Positions 1 to 12,845 of a stretch of DNA of 64,000 nt are shown one piece after another. This stretch comes from Camelus dromedarius (lineage: Eukaryota). The stretch is from the NCBI RefSeq assembly GCF_036321535.1, contig NC_087437.1, forward strand, positions 68,140,001 to 68,204,000, written 5' to 3'. The position numbers and the translations under genes were made by a program. Below the pieces are notes generated by a model. It was not told where the DNA came from and did not search any database. It worked only from the letters and a program-made list of their open reading frames with translations. How positions within the stretch are numbered: position 1 is the stretch's first letter; every line of letters starts with the position of its first letter.

Positions 1-1014
1 TCCATTGTTGTCTAAATCCATGAATTGCAACTGTAGTCAAACATTGTAGCCATATTTCCCCTGTATTCAAGGAAGGTGACAGCTTGAATATTAGTGTATC
101 TCACATGACTCAATGTAAACAATACCAATGCCCTGGTGGAGGGGGGCTGAGAAGAAGTATACATCTGTTTAGTACTTTTCCACTTTCAGTATTCTTTTTC
201 CTACTTGGACAAACCTTCATCTCAACCACATATAACAGATTATTAAAAAATCACACAGCGCTGATGAGTGAGAGCAGTCACCTTGCCAAGTCAGCTGGTC
301 CAGCGTTTAGGTCTCACATATTTCCTCAGTTACTTGTACTAACCTCACAAAGTTGCATGGTTGTCCTTTTCATGACTCTGTCCTTGTAGTTAATTTACAA
401 GGAATCCAAATCAGTGCTGTGTAAGTAAATAAATTAATTACTCAGTATAATTTCTAAATCATAAATCTCACACCCTTCACATCTTGAGATCAATAAATAT
501 TTTCCTTGCATGATGCCCTCATTTTCAAAACTTGAGAATGCTGCAGCTGCCAGCAGAGTCCCCTGTGGGCCTAAGAACATTAGTCAGCATGACGGGCTTC
601 ATCCTGGCTGACAAAGGTTTCACCCCCTACTTTAATCCACCTATTCTTTTGTGCTTTTTTGTTGTCTTTTTCTCCTCCTCATCCCTGCTAGTGAAACTGT
701 GCTAATTGCCACTAAGAGGGCTTATCCAGGAAAGGGCCTTTTTGAGGTCCTGAAAAACTTATATCCCTGCAGAAAGATGCAAAGGAATTACTTGGATGTC
801 AACAGCTGTCTGGCCTTTTTTTCCCCCCAAAAACTGAAATTTATGTCTCTTATGTTAAGAGTAACTCCATTACTCTGTCAGTAAACCACTGATTTTGAAG
901 CTTAAATGAAGTGAGTGTTTAATTTTATTTGTGAATAAATGTTTCAAAAGGAATGAATGAATCTTCTTTTGCTCCAGTATCTATCTTGAAAATGATAATT
1001 TAGTTATGGTTTTT

Positions 1015-1160
1015 TTGACAACTTTTTTTTTTGAGGTGGGGAGGTAATTAGGTTTATCTATTTAATTTATTTTTTTTTAAATGGAGGCACTGGGAACTGA
1101 ACCCAGGACCTCATGCATGCTAATCATGTGCTCTACCACTTGAGCTATACCCTCCCCCTC
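1015..1160 (-). mobile_element. tRNA-derived SINE, camelid vic-1-like, with target-site duplication
   Basis: Minus strand reads GGGGAGGGTATAGCTCAAGTGGTAGAG (A box)...GGTTCAGTTCCC (B box)...AAACCTAATTACCTCCCC, then an A tail. Flanking direct repeats TA(G/C)TTATGGTTTTT at 1001-1014 and 1161-1174; the right copy is followed by AA, giving the L1 endonuclease TTTT/AA site. Confidence 0.9.
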
Positions 1161-1691
1161 TACTTATGGTTTTTAAAAGATTATATTTGCTTGAGTAAAG
1201 GATTTCAGTTTAGTTTTTTGTTGTTCTTATTCCCCAAATTTCATATTTACTTTAATAAGATCTTGGATTGGGAGGCTGACCTTGAGTCCAGCTTATGGTT
1301 TACATCATAGATGGTGTTTGAAGTCAGGCGACACCCATTCCCATAACGGTGATGAACAAAGCATCACCCATAGTCAGGCAGAATCTAGATCAGTACAGAA
1401 GCTGGCTTAAGGGTAGAAGAGTGCCTGAGAGGTCAGGAATCATGGTAGGCATTTGATGTTGTCTCATAGGTGGAATATAATGGATGGGTTTAATACCAAT
1501 GAAAACAACTTATTAGTTGGTCAGCCTCAGAGACACAGTGAAAAGCAGAGTGGTTGTGGTTTTCTCACCCTAAGAGAAAGGCCTTGTGTCTTATGTACCA
1601 CAACCTCTTTTGGCAGTTTGCTAAGCTAATGAACCGATTCCTGGAATAATGCTTTACTATTTACTACATAAACAAAAAAAATACAGGAATT

Positions 1692-3962
1692 CAGACTTCA
1701 ACATCTGGGAAGATTGAGTAGATATGCTTTCTTCTTTCCTCACTCAGTACAACTTAACACTTTGGACATTATATGTAAAAGAATCATAAGAAGACTGGGA
1801 AGGGTGAAGAGAAGAGGGTAGACCAGTTAGGAACCTTGAGGCTAAAAGATCAATGTTATGGTAGATTCTTTGGGCCAGAAAACAAATCTCAACAAGTTTA
1901 AAAGTACTGAAAGCATACAAAGTGTGTTCACTGACCACAGTGGAATCAAATTAGAGAAAGGAAAAAAAATCTTTAGCAGAAGATGAAAAATGCCAGACAA
2001 TTGGAAACTAAACAACACACTTTAACAACCCATGGGCCCAAAAGGAAGTCCCAAGATAAGTTTTTTTTTTTTAAATGCATTGAACTGAATGAAAATGAAC
2101 ATGCAGCACATCAAAAATTGCAGAACATGGCTAAAATAAGTGAAGAGAAGGAATTTTATAGCACTAACTGCCTACTTTAGAAAAGGCGAAAAGCTCAAAT
2201 CAGTAATCTAAGCTCCTACCTGAAGACCTTAGAAAAAGCAAAGCAAAGTAAACCTAAAACAAGTGGGAAATAATATGGAACAGAAATTAATGAAATTAAA
2301 AGCAAAAAAAAAAAAAAGTAAAGAAAATCATAAAACAAATAGCCTGTTCTGTGACAAATATTTACAAAACTGACCACCCTCTCCCAAAGGAAAAAGAAGA
2401 AACAAATTACCTGTATCGGGAGTGAAACAAAGCATATCACTTCAGATGGTGCAGACACAGAAGGATGGTAAGGGAATACTATGAACTACTCTGCAAACAC
2501 CAATTTGACAGCTTGGATGAAATGGAGCAATTTCTCTAAAAGCACAAACTACTGCAATTCACCCAATATGAAATAGAAAATTTGATAGTTCCATAACTAT
2601 TAAAATTTAATTCGTAGTTTAAGAACTCTTATATAAATCTCCAGGATAAGGTGGTTTCATGAGATAATTCTTCCAATTGTTTTGGGAAAAATTAACACTA
2701 ATTCTACAAAATCTCTTCCAGAAAACAGAAGAGGAAAGAAGATATACTGATTCATTTTATGATGCTAGCATTTTCTAGATACCAAATCCAAATGAAATTA
2801 AAACCAAACAGAATTTTTCAGTCTACAAGAATGGGAAAAAGAAGCAGAAAAATATTCCTTATGAATATAGATGCACAATTCCTTAAGAAAACATTACCAG
2901 TAGACTTCAGCAATTTATAAAAAAGAATTATACCCCATGATCAAGTGGAGTTTGTTCCAGGGGTATCATATTAGTTCAGTACATGAAAATTAATCACTGT
3001 AATCCACCCTATTAACAAGCTAAAGAAAAAAAGTCATGCGATTTTCAATTTTTCAGTTGATACAGAAAAAACATTTGGCAAGTTTCAACACCCATTCATG
3101 ATAAAAACTCTAAGATAATTAGGAATAGAGGTGAACTTCTTCAACTTGATAAAGAACACCTACAAAAACCCTGCAGCTAATATTACACTTAATAGTGAAA
3201 GACATAATAATTTTCCCTTAATATTGTTAACAAGCAAGTATATCTGTTCTTACCAATCTTATTCAACATAATGCTGGAAGCTCTAGCCAGTGAAGTAGCA
3301 AGAAAGGGAAATAAAAGGCATAAAGATCAGAAAGGAGAAATAAAACTGGCAGATAGCATAGTTATGTAGGTAGAAAATCACAAGGGTTCTGTAGGAAAAC
3401 TACTCGAATTAATAAGCAAGTTAAGAAAGGTTACATGACCTAAGATAAATATTTTTAAAAAATCAATATTTCTATATGCTAGCAATGTTCATGTGGACAC
3501 TAAAATTAAAAATTAAGTTCTTAGATGTAAATCTAACCAAATATATAAAACTACAGGAAAGAAATTTAAGAATATTTAAATAAATAGGCATATCATGTGC
3601 ATGGATTAAAAGACTCAACATATTAAATATGTCAGTTCCTCCCCAATCTGATAAACAGATTTGATGCATTTCCTATCAAAATCGCAGAAAGATTTTTATA
3701 GCTGTGGATAAGATTATTCAAAAACTTAGATCAAAAACCAAAGGAACTAGAATAGTTAAAACAATTTTGAAAAAGAAAATGGAAAGAAATCAGTCTGCCT
3801 GTTTTTATGTTTTATTATATAGCTACAGTGATCAAGACTGTGTGGTATTGGCGGACGGGTAGACTCATAGGACAATGGAACAGAGCAGGTAACCCAGAAA
3901 TAGATGCACACAAATATGTTCAAGGAAAGAAAAAGAATCAGAATCTCAGTCTAAACCTCACA
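1692..3962 (+). mobile_element. Old, degenerate LINE-1 (L1M/L1MC-like): short 5' end joined to frameshifted ORF2
   Basis: A-rich plus strand with L1 ORF2 remnants, including GACCACAGTGGAATCAAATTAGA (endonuclease end), CAACACCCATTCATGATAAAAACTC, and YYIATVIKTVWYW...QWNR in ORF 3807-4004. Many stops and frameshifts. Confidence 0.9.
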
Positions 3963-4169
3963 GTCATTGTGTTAACAGATTCTAAAAGTAAAACAAATTG
4001 GTGATATTGTGGCCACAGGAGAGTATTTTTTGTTTATTAGTGCTGTTTTATTATTGCTATTATTATCATTATAACTAATGAGGGGAGACTTAAGCATATT
4101 TAAAAGGTGTTGGAAGATCTGGGTTAATATGTACAGAATATATGAATATATATTCATAACATAGAGGAA

Positions 4170-4300
4170 AGATCACTGGACTCAGAAGTCAGGAGATTGG
4201 GTTCAAATCCCAACTCCTTTCCTACTAACATAATATGTGACTTTGGAAAAAATCACTAGCCTTCCTACTCCTTGGTTTTCTCACAGGTAAAAATGGTAAT
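4170..4300 (+). mobile_element. MIR SINE
   Basis: GGGTTCAAATCCCAACTC...TGTGACTTTGGAAAAAATCACT...GTAAAAATGG matches the MIR core. Confidence 0.75.
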
Positions 4301-5224
4301 TGAGAATTCTCTGGTCTCTCCGGGTCAAACTTTCTATAATTCTACAGTTTACATCTTAGTGCTGGAAACCCTGCAATAACATTTTTCCTGCCTCTCGTTG
4401 GCAGCTACTCTTTTCATCATTTTGAGCACATATACATGATGTCAAAAACTCCAGTTTGCTTTCAGGATCTGGAGCTGGCTAATTTCTCTTTTAACACTTT
4501 AGGACTTTGGATTGTCCCCTTTCAAAAAGGTGTGACTCTACTTGTCACAGATTATACTGGTCTTCTAAGAAACAATGGCGTCAACACCTTCTGTCAACAC
4601 CATTATAATTGACTTATTTTCCCCACTATCTTTGTCCACAGTCTTAGTGTTAGCTGGATGCCTCCCCTGATTATCAGCTGGTGTATGATCTTTGGCTCTG
4701 ACTAGCCTATAGAAAGAGTTTGCATTAGAACTTCCGTGACTGTGTGCCTGTGCGTGTGCCTTTTAAATTTTCCTATTGATCTGTGGGCTAGGATGCGGCA
4801 GTGTTTGCTTGTGAAGATTCTCTAGCATAGTTAAAAGGAGAAGTGTCTTGCAATTACCTCAGATGTGTCTCTTAGTACACTATTTCCAAAGCATTTTCTA
4901 ATTAGGTAAGAATTCAAACAGGGATTGTCAAATTTCAGAAGCAGTAACAGATGGGAAAATCAAATCACAGAACTTCAGCAGCCAGAGGTGTCCTTGCTGC
5001 CACACACATTTTCAGCTGGATTAGCTATTTTGTCTCATTTTCAGCCTGTGTGTTTCACACCATTTGAGAGACTCTCCGTTTTGAGGGAATTCGGAGCAGT
5101 GGGAAACCCTCTTCTCAGTCAGAGCCTTGCCTGACCCAGACCTCCTTGTTTGTTCTCCTCCTATCTTATTAATGCAGCTGTGAGTACATTTCCAGCACTC
5201 CTCACCTGCCACAGTGACGAGGGA

Positions 5225-5340
5225 TCAGGTGCCAGGTAGGGTAATCAATCTGGAGGGCTTTTAGCAGTGCATCCTGCCACTGTTTGACAGCATGTCTCCG
5301 TCAAGGAGACTGTCTTCCTTAGATCGATAAATCAATCAGT
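5225..5340. promoter_or_regulatory. Candidate enhancer with clustered TALE/HOX/CUT motifs
   Basis: Unique sequence with TAATCAATC (5242-5250), TGACAG (5285-5290) and ATCGATAAATCAATCA (5323-5338). Confidence 0.4.
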
Positions 5341-6439
5341 TCTTTTTACATCTTATGAAGCACTCCTCACCCCCCGCATCACTCACACTGCGCCACACAC
5401 AAATAGAGAATCGGGGTTGAGGTTGGGCCAAACCTTCCCCATTCACATTCTATCCTATAATCACATATCCTTCCCCAAAAATCAATTCCTGGCACTGTGG
5501 TAATGGATCAAAGTCCAGTTCTTCGTTCCTGTGAACTGGCAAGTAAATCTGTCCAAAGTGTTGGATGTTGCAGTGTGTTTAAAACTAAATAAATCACATC
5601 TGTAATTCAAAGGACACTAATTGCAAGCTTTATGATTAGAGCTCTTCAAAGGAGACAGCAATAGTTGCTGTAACAAAGAGTAGATTCCCTGATACTGCTC
5701 AAAGGAGTCATAGGCTTTCATAGGTTATCAGAGTTGGGAAGGGGCTCAGAGACGCCCAAAGCAATCTGCACTAGGTGTTTGCTCCTGTGCACTGAGAAGT
5801 TTCCAGCCACCTTGCTGGCATGGGGTAGGATGAGAGGTAGTAGCGGATCCTCTGTCACCAGGAGAAAGCCACTTTCATTCGTGTCATTCGTTGGGTTTGG
5901 GTCTAAGATACTACTTAAACAATGGGTTCTCCTGCTCTGGAGGAAAAAATGAAAACCAATAATCTGTATCATATCTGTGTTCTCATAGTACAGACGTAGC
6001 ATCTGAAGCTCATCTGTGTTGTGTAGCTTAGTCAAGGTCACACAGCAAGTAGGTGGAAGAGCTGGAAGAGACACCCCGCACCCCGACACCAACATCTATC
6101 CCCTGTAGAAAGTGACTTTGGCTGTTCAGAGTTTTCCTAAGCAGAAATGTTTTCTCTTTCAGAGCATATCAAGGGACATTAGATACAGTGATGCTCAGCA
6201 GTTTCAGGACAGGGGTAGGGTATGTTGGAGGAGGAATCTGGCTTATGTTTCTTTCTATTCCATGCCCAATGGCACCATTTCTTCATTATTGGAAGGAAGC
6301 TTGACCTAATGGTAAACACATGAGTTTTGAAGGTAAAGAAATAGAGAAATAAAGCCCGCTGTACCCTCTGCACCCTACATAGAGCTTCACAAGGCAGGAA
6401 ACTTGATGATTAATAGAATCAGCTCCAGTGTCATCTGTT

Positions 6440-6570
6440 GAAGCACAAATCTGGCCCCACCCTTATTATTATGTAACCTTGGGCAAGTGACTTGGCTCGG
6501 TTTCTGCATCTGCCAGGTGGTGAGGACTAAAAGGGCTGATGTGCACAAAGACAGCAGAGAGCCATGCATG
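6440..6570 (+). mobile_element. MIR SINE
   Basis: TGTAACCTTGGGCAAGTGACTT...GGTTTCTGCATCTG, the MIR core. Confidence 0.7.
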
Positions 6571-7599
6571 TGGCAGGCTCGGAATAAGTATTGGTCCCCA
6601 ACCCCTCAGCCCTGTCCCCTGTGAGCAGCTGTTGTTTCCCAGCTCCTCCAATGTGATGTCACAATGCCAGTTTAGGGCTGAAGCTTAAAGATCAGTTTTA
6701 CTTTTCTTAAACCCCAAACCTCCAAGTTTCAAATTAGAAAATGGAGAAAACATGTAAACCCCATCTTCTTTTCAATAAGCAGCCATGCATGTTGTCCCTT
6801 CTCGCAAAGAAACATGCAGATTTATTTCACTGAGGCAACGAGAAAGGGAAGCAGCCAGTAAAGGGAAGGACTTCAGGTAGATTGTAACTAGGCTACTGAT
6901 GCATGATTCTGTTCTGGTTCCTGTTCTTTTTTAATAGGGTGAGCCTCTCAAAGAGCTGAGGACAACTTGGCATTACAGGGACCCAGAACTCATCACACCT
7001 GATTCTCTTTCAAAAAGTGATAGAAGTATTACATGAAAAAAAATTAGCATTATTTGTTTAAACTTTTATTTGAAACTGTTTCGCTTTGGACCTTATTTCC
7101 TTATACCTTTTAATAGGTGGTGGCATATCATGAAGATGACAGAAAAGAGCTTGGAGAGGGAGACAGGCCATGTAACTAGGTCGAAGAATCTCTCCTAGAT
7201 TAAGAGATAGTTTTTAGATTGCACATTTGAAGGGAAAAGGAAAAAGATAAATTCCTATGCCTTTTATCTATAGGAGAAAGCAGTAATATGTACACTGAAA
7301 TCCAAGGGCACGTCCAGGGATGACTTGGGTGATAACCTGGGCAAGATAAGGACAAAGATTTTATTGGGTAGAGTCACAAGGAACTTTCATACACAAGATG
7401 CTATCCAACTTTAAGACTAGAAGAGTTCTGGGTGGAGGGGTCATCAGATTCTTCCCTTCTCTCCCTGCCCACCGTTCTCAGAGAGGAGACACCCATGTTA
7501 CTTATGTGTTAGAGACAGAGCTGGAACCAACCTTGATTCTCGACAAGGGCTGTTTTCAAAAGACTGTATTAGCTCTCTAAGCAGACATTATCCTCATAT

Positions 7600-8060
7600 C
7601 CATTAGGGTTATCCAAATCGGTATTATGATGACAGCCTGCTGAAATGAGCATCTAAACTGATAATGATAGTTCATTTCATATGGGCCATAAAGTAGCGAT
7701 AACTGTCTTTAGCTTCTCGGTTGGAACCAGACCCTATAATCGTGAAATAAATCGCTTTGCGTGCTTTTACCAATCTTCTGAGCAAACCAGTCTCCCTTCT
7801 TGCTCCACTCAGGAGGAGCATATGCTTAATTTTCAACCTAATGAAATGATTTCAAGGAGCTAAATACATAGGATGTGTTTAGTGAATTGTCATTAAGTGG
7901 ATCCTTACAATCCCGATGCTGTTATGTACCTGCCTGCTTCTGTTTCCATGACCTAATTGCACGTCCTCTCTCAAACACACATGGTCAACATGTTTGTCTC
8001 GGGTTCTGACGTATTCCCCCTTGAATACCACAACTGGCAAACAAATTACCTTATCAATCC
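7600..8060. promoter_or_regulatory. Candidate conserved non-coding element / enhancer
   Basis: Non-repetitive, with several retained CpGs, TGACAG (7630-7635), CCATAAA (7686-7692), and GATAA and TAAT cores. Confidence 0.35.
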
Positions 8061-8904
8061 TCCAAGCACTTTTTTTTAAAAGTAAATGATACACAGGTAT
8101 ATGCACCCAATGCTTCTAGAGTTACAAACGAGGAAAGCACAGCAATACTCCGAGTGTTTAAGCAAATCTAATATTGGATGTAATGTGAGATACATGTGCA
8201 TGGAACAGTTTTTCTCCAAATACGTTAAATGTTAGCTAAAGTTACTTAGTCATAGTTTCTTTAACTGCTTTAATCTTCAGCCTAATGATTCTCTAGGTCA
8301 TTGTTTGGTTAACCTTGTATTTTTCCTATTCCTGTGTAGTCTTGAAAGTTTCTATGTTTTTTCAAATACTTTTCTATATAATGTTAAATGCATTTTTGAC
8401 ATTTGACATGAATTTTGTGGTAGTATTACATATAACATGGTTTTCCTGTGTATTTAAAAGGGAGTTGTGTTACAAGTACCCAGTTTTGAAGTACTTGGAG
8501 AAGATAGGGTATTATTTTCACTTGCTTTGATTAAAACTCAGCATGTGCATAGAATGAGTTATTTCTGAAGCCAGTCGACACAGTATACTTAATTTGAGTA
8601 GAACCTCTGAAGTTTTCAAATCTGAGTTCTGTGAACTGTGTGTTTATTCAAGGAAGACACTTGAAACATGGTTCCTGCCTTTAAAGAATTTACAGTTGAA
8701 TGAAAGACAAGTGCAATAAAAAATTGAAATGATTTTTTAATGTTAAAAGACAGGATACTACAAATGCATGCTTATATGTGTAGTACCTACAGACCTTTCT
8801 AAAGAACATTAGAAGCATTAGTGAGAATTGAAATAGGAGAATTTAACAGTGGACCTTGAGTTAAGAATTGCTAGGTAAGTACGGTTGGTATAGAGGAGTA
8901 GACT

Positions 8905-9245
8905 GTATTGTGGTTCTCAAATATTCACTGCTGGTCCTTGGAGGAAGATCATTCTTTGCTGAGCTATTAGTATACAGCTGGGGCATGTGACTTGCTCTGG
9001 CCAGTGAAATGGCTGTCATTTACAAAAGAAAACTTTAAGGATCAGTGAATCCTTTGATATGATGCCTTGTCTTGGTGCTGCACTACTAGCAGTGTTTCAG
9101 GTAAAGGCTTCTCAGGGAAGAGAACCACACAGACAACCCACTGTGGGCTCATAGCAAGAGAAAGAATCAGTCTTTGTTGTTGTAAGACATTGAGATAGTG
9201 TGGTCATTGATTACTACAGTATTAACTAGATTATCCTGAATGGTG
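8905..9245 (+). mobile_element. MaLR solo LTR (MLT1, old subfamily)
   Basis: GGCATGTGACTTGCTCTGGCCAGTGAAAT and the 3' end CTTTGTTGTTGTAAGACATTGAGAT are typical of MLT1H-J. Confidence 0.7.
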
Positions 9246-11309
9246 AGGCAGATTGAAGCAGGGTTTCAAGGTAGACGGGAAAATGAGAATTAAGCAATGA
9301 GCAGTGTGTTTTTTGAGTAGAATTGGAAGACCAGTCTAACTTGAGGGTATTTGTGCCAAAAATAATGATAAATAAAATTTGGAGTAGGACTAGAGATGGA
9401 GTAACTTTGATCTTCAAACTAAGAGTTCAAGCTGCTTAAACACCAAGTGTATTTTTTTCCATATTTCTTAAATCTTATTTCCTAAATGTGGTAGCTATTC
9501 AGTAATTTCTTATTGAATTTATGGATTGAATTAAGTTGACACAGTGATTTGTTGTGAAAATTTAGTTTGTAAAAGACCACAAGGAAAAAAAAAAGACAAA
9601 ACCATGACCCCCTAATTGTGTCCTAAGGAGAAGAATGGTAATAATTTGTAGAAAGGCAATTACAGGTTACAAATAACAAATTTTTATAAGTGCATATGCT
9701 AGAATTTTCATCTGGGAGACAATTTTTACATCTTATTATGGTACTTTGAGCATAGACTGTAAAATGTCTACTGGCAGTAAGTAAAATGCTTTTACTTCTG
9801 CTAAGTGGTTTATTATATTATTATTGAAAAAAATGGCACATGTAAGTCTACTACAAAGAATTGTCTCTTATAGAATTTAAATGTTATCAAGGGCATTAAG
9901 AGATAATCCTAATCAAAATATGATATGTACCTGCATGACACTCGCCATCTGGCCAGTCTGTCAGTCTTCATTGCCAAGACTGCTGGCTCTCAGCTGTCAT
10001 CCCTACTTGCTATGGTTTATGGTCACTTCTGCTAGTTGTAAACATGGGTAGGAGCCACTCCATCCTCCTTCTTCCAGCCTTTTCAAGCTGTAGTCCTTTG
10101 AGCTTACATATGTGGTAAAAATTTTGGCTCATACCTGCACAACCCTAACTCTGTTTTCCTTCCAACCGTCATTGAACTTAATAAACCCTGAAGTTCTAGT
10201 TCTGGTCTGCATATGTTCTGAGCACACACAAATACAATTTCCTTTCTGTCCACAGCAACGTTCCTACACTTAAATCAGCATCTGCTTCATCTCACACTGT
10301 GCTGTATTGGCTGTGTCAAAAGTAAATTAATTGAATTCTGAATTCAATTCAGTAGGCAACAGCTACGTTGCACTGAACTCTGTAAAGAGCACAAGGAAAT
10401 GCCCCTTCTCCACAGAGTGCTGCTATCACAGCTAAGCGATAGCAACTGTGCTATTTCTGCTCTTGATTCCTTTCTTCTCTGCAGAAACAAGGGGGAAATG
10501 AATGCACTGAGTTCCTGAGAGAAGGATCCTTTCTTATTAATACTGCATGCTGTCCAGGTACAGAACTCTAGGTGAACATATGAGGATGGAGGTGGAGAAC
10601 AGAGAATAGGGTACAAACTGGCCTTAAGCACCAAAAGAGAAGTGCAGGGGACTGCTTGCAGCCTGCACCTGGAACGTCTGCAGCATAACTGCTAAGTGTC
10701 CCAGTGAAAAGGTCACGTGTCTGAGAGTGGAAACCTTGATGCTGATTAACTGGATGGTGAAGTGAGATGCAGGAATCTTGGCTTGGAATTCTCCCTTTAG
10801 ACTTGAGATACTGTTTTGTTGTGTGAGTTCCCAGATTTCTGGCAGCCTGCCTTTTAATTGCAGCAATTTCACTTTCTTGGCTTTTCTTTGTGCTGACCAG
10901 CTCAGAGAATGAAATGAGTATTCATGAAATTCAGGGAAGTGCATCTGGGACCCCAGAAAGCTCTCCCAAGCGTATGGCAGTAGCTGTAAGCCACACTGGG
11001 GGTATGTAAGGAGGGGACACCTAAGGATCCTCTCCACCTCCCCTCCTGGACTCACATTCTGTCTTTCTCCTGCCCCTGCCCTAGCAAGTTAAATCTTAGG
11101 GCCATGTGAAATACTGATGGGGTGTGATGAAAGAGAGGAGGGAGAAATGGAGTTCAGATCTGTGAATCCCAGACCTGATGTCTGAGCCCTCTGTGTTCTG
11201 CAGCCATAGGTTTATTTGTTCATATGTAGAGGTTCATGTGTAGTGTCCAGGATGAAAGGAAAATGAAAAAGCATTCTGCAGTGCCTTTAACCCTTTGAAA
11301 AAAGCAGAA

Positions 11310-11460
11310 GACCTAGAATCAGGCAAACCTGTGTTATAGTTCCTACTCTACTACTCAATAGTAACATGACCTAGGGCAAGTTATCTCTTTTTGATTACTC
11401 GTTATGGAAATGTTATCTCTACTACTTAAACAAAGGGTTATTGTAAAGAGTTATTGCCAT
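11310..11460 (+). mobile_element. MIR SINE
   Basis: AGAATCAGGCAAACCTG...TGACCTAGGGCAAGTTA...GGGTTATTGT. Confidence 0.65.
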
Positions 11461-11563
11461 GTTGTGTAGATCACACATGTCACATGGGTACAGTTCATAA
11501 AGTTGGGACTATGTACGTATATGGGGAGATTAGGACATAGAGGATAACGTGTCTTTTAGCACT

Positions 11564-12060
11564 AAAAGGGAACCTTAGTACACTTTTGGTGGGATTGTAA
11601 ATTAACTCAACCATTATGGAAAACAGCACGAAGTTTCCTCAAAAAACTATAAATGGAACTACCATATGATCCAGCAATTCTACTCCTAGGTATATACCCA
11701 AAGAAAATGAAAGCACTGATTTGAAAAGATACATACATCCCAATGTCCATAGCAGCATTATTTATAATTGGCAAGATATGGAAGCAAGTGTCCATCAACA
11801 GATGAATGGTTAAAGAAGATGTAATACACATGCGCGTGCGTGCACACACACACACATACACACACTGGAATATTACTAGCCCATAAAAATAATGAAATTT
11901 CGTCATTTCCAACAACAAGGATGAACCTGGAAAGTATTATGCATTGTGAAATAAGTCAGACAGAGAAAGACAGTATTGCATATTATCACTTATATGTGGA
12001 CTCTAAAAAATAAACAAACAAATGAATATAACAAAAAAGAAAAAAAACAATAAAAGAAAA
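11564..12060 (+). mobile_element. 5'-truncated LINE-1 3' end (ORF2 C-terminus into 3'UTR)
   Basis: GAACTACCATATGATCCAGCAATTCTACTCCTAGGTATATACCCA...GTGAAATAAGTCAGACAGAGAAAGACA...TATATGTGGA, followed by an A-rich end. Confidence 0.9.
11826..11865. repeat. Alternating purine-pyrimidine (CG/TG/CA)n microsatellite
   Basis: ACACATGCGCGTGCGTGCACACACACACACATACACACAC, seen directly. Confidence 0.85.
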
Positions 12061-12664
12061 ATTCAAGCAACTGCAACAGGAACATAGGAGATTGACTGGA
12101 TATTTACATAAAAGTGTACAAGTGACTCTGCTGTTAGACACATCATAGGTACTTAAAAATATGAATTTTCTTCCTTTCCTTTTTTTTTTTTCCTAATCTC
12201 TCCCTACAGCCTTTTGACTTCCAAAAAACCACTTTGTTTAATCAGCATTTTCTTTTCATTCACCCTAAGGAAAATATAGGAAAGTGTATAACAGGATATT
12301 TTCAACCAAACAGTATTGCCTTTCTATATTAAAAAAAAAAAAAATTCTTCCTTTAAAAAGAGCAATGATGACTTTCAGTTTATTTTAAATATCACCAAGA
12401 ATGATCTTGAAAACCCAGCATGGAGCTAAGAACATGCTGGTAAGTACTTAAAAGATAGAATTTTATTATGATCATGACAAGTGAGTAGATGGAGAAAGGG
12501 GAGATGATGATAATAAAACTTAGTAGATAATCCAATTTTTCAAGAATCTTTCTCCTCTAAGAGTGGAAACTACAATATTTAATACTAGTATTTTTTAAAT
12601 TATCTAGTGAGCATTTCATAATATTCCTGCATGTTTGAGAGGTAATAGGATACAGATAAATAAT

Positions 12665-12845
12665 TTCCAAAGTGTGTTCCCCAGGCCGGCAGCATCAGCA
12701 TTACTTGGGAACTTGCAAATCTCTGACATCACCCTCAGAGCAACTGAATCAGAAACTCTGGATATAAGGCCCAGGAATCTGTTTTAATGAATTCTCCATT
12801 TTTTTTTTTTTTTCTGATTCAAACTAAAATTTGAGAACCTCTGAT
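12665..12845. mobile_element. MER5A-like hAT-Charlie DNA transposon
   Basis: CAAAGTGTG...CAGCATCAGCATTACTTGGGAACTTG...ACTGAATCAGAAACTCTGG...AAAATTTGAGAACCTCTG. Confidence 0.8.

Noticed and set aside
1085..1160. tRNA-like A/B boxes
   Set aside because: They are part of the SINE head, with tail and TSD, not a tRNA gene.
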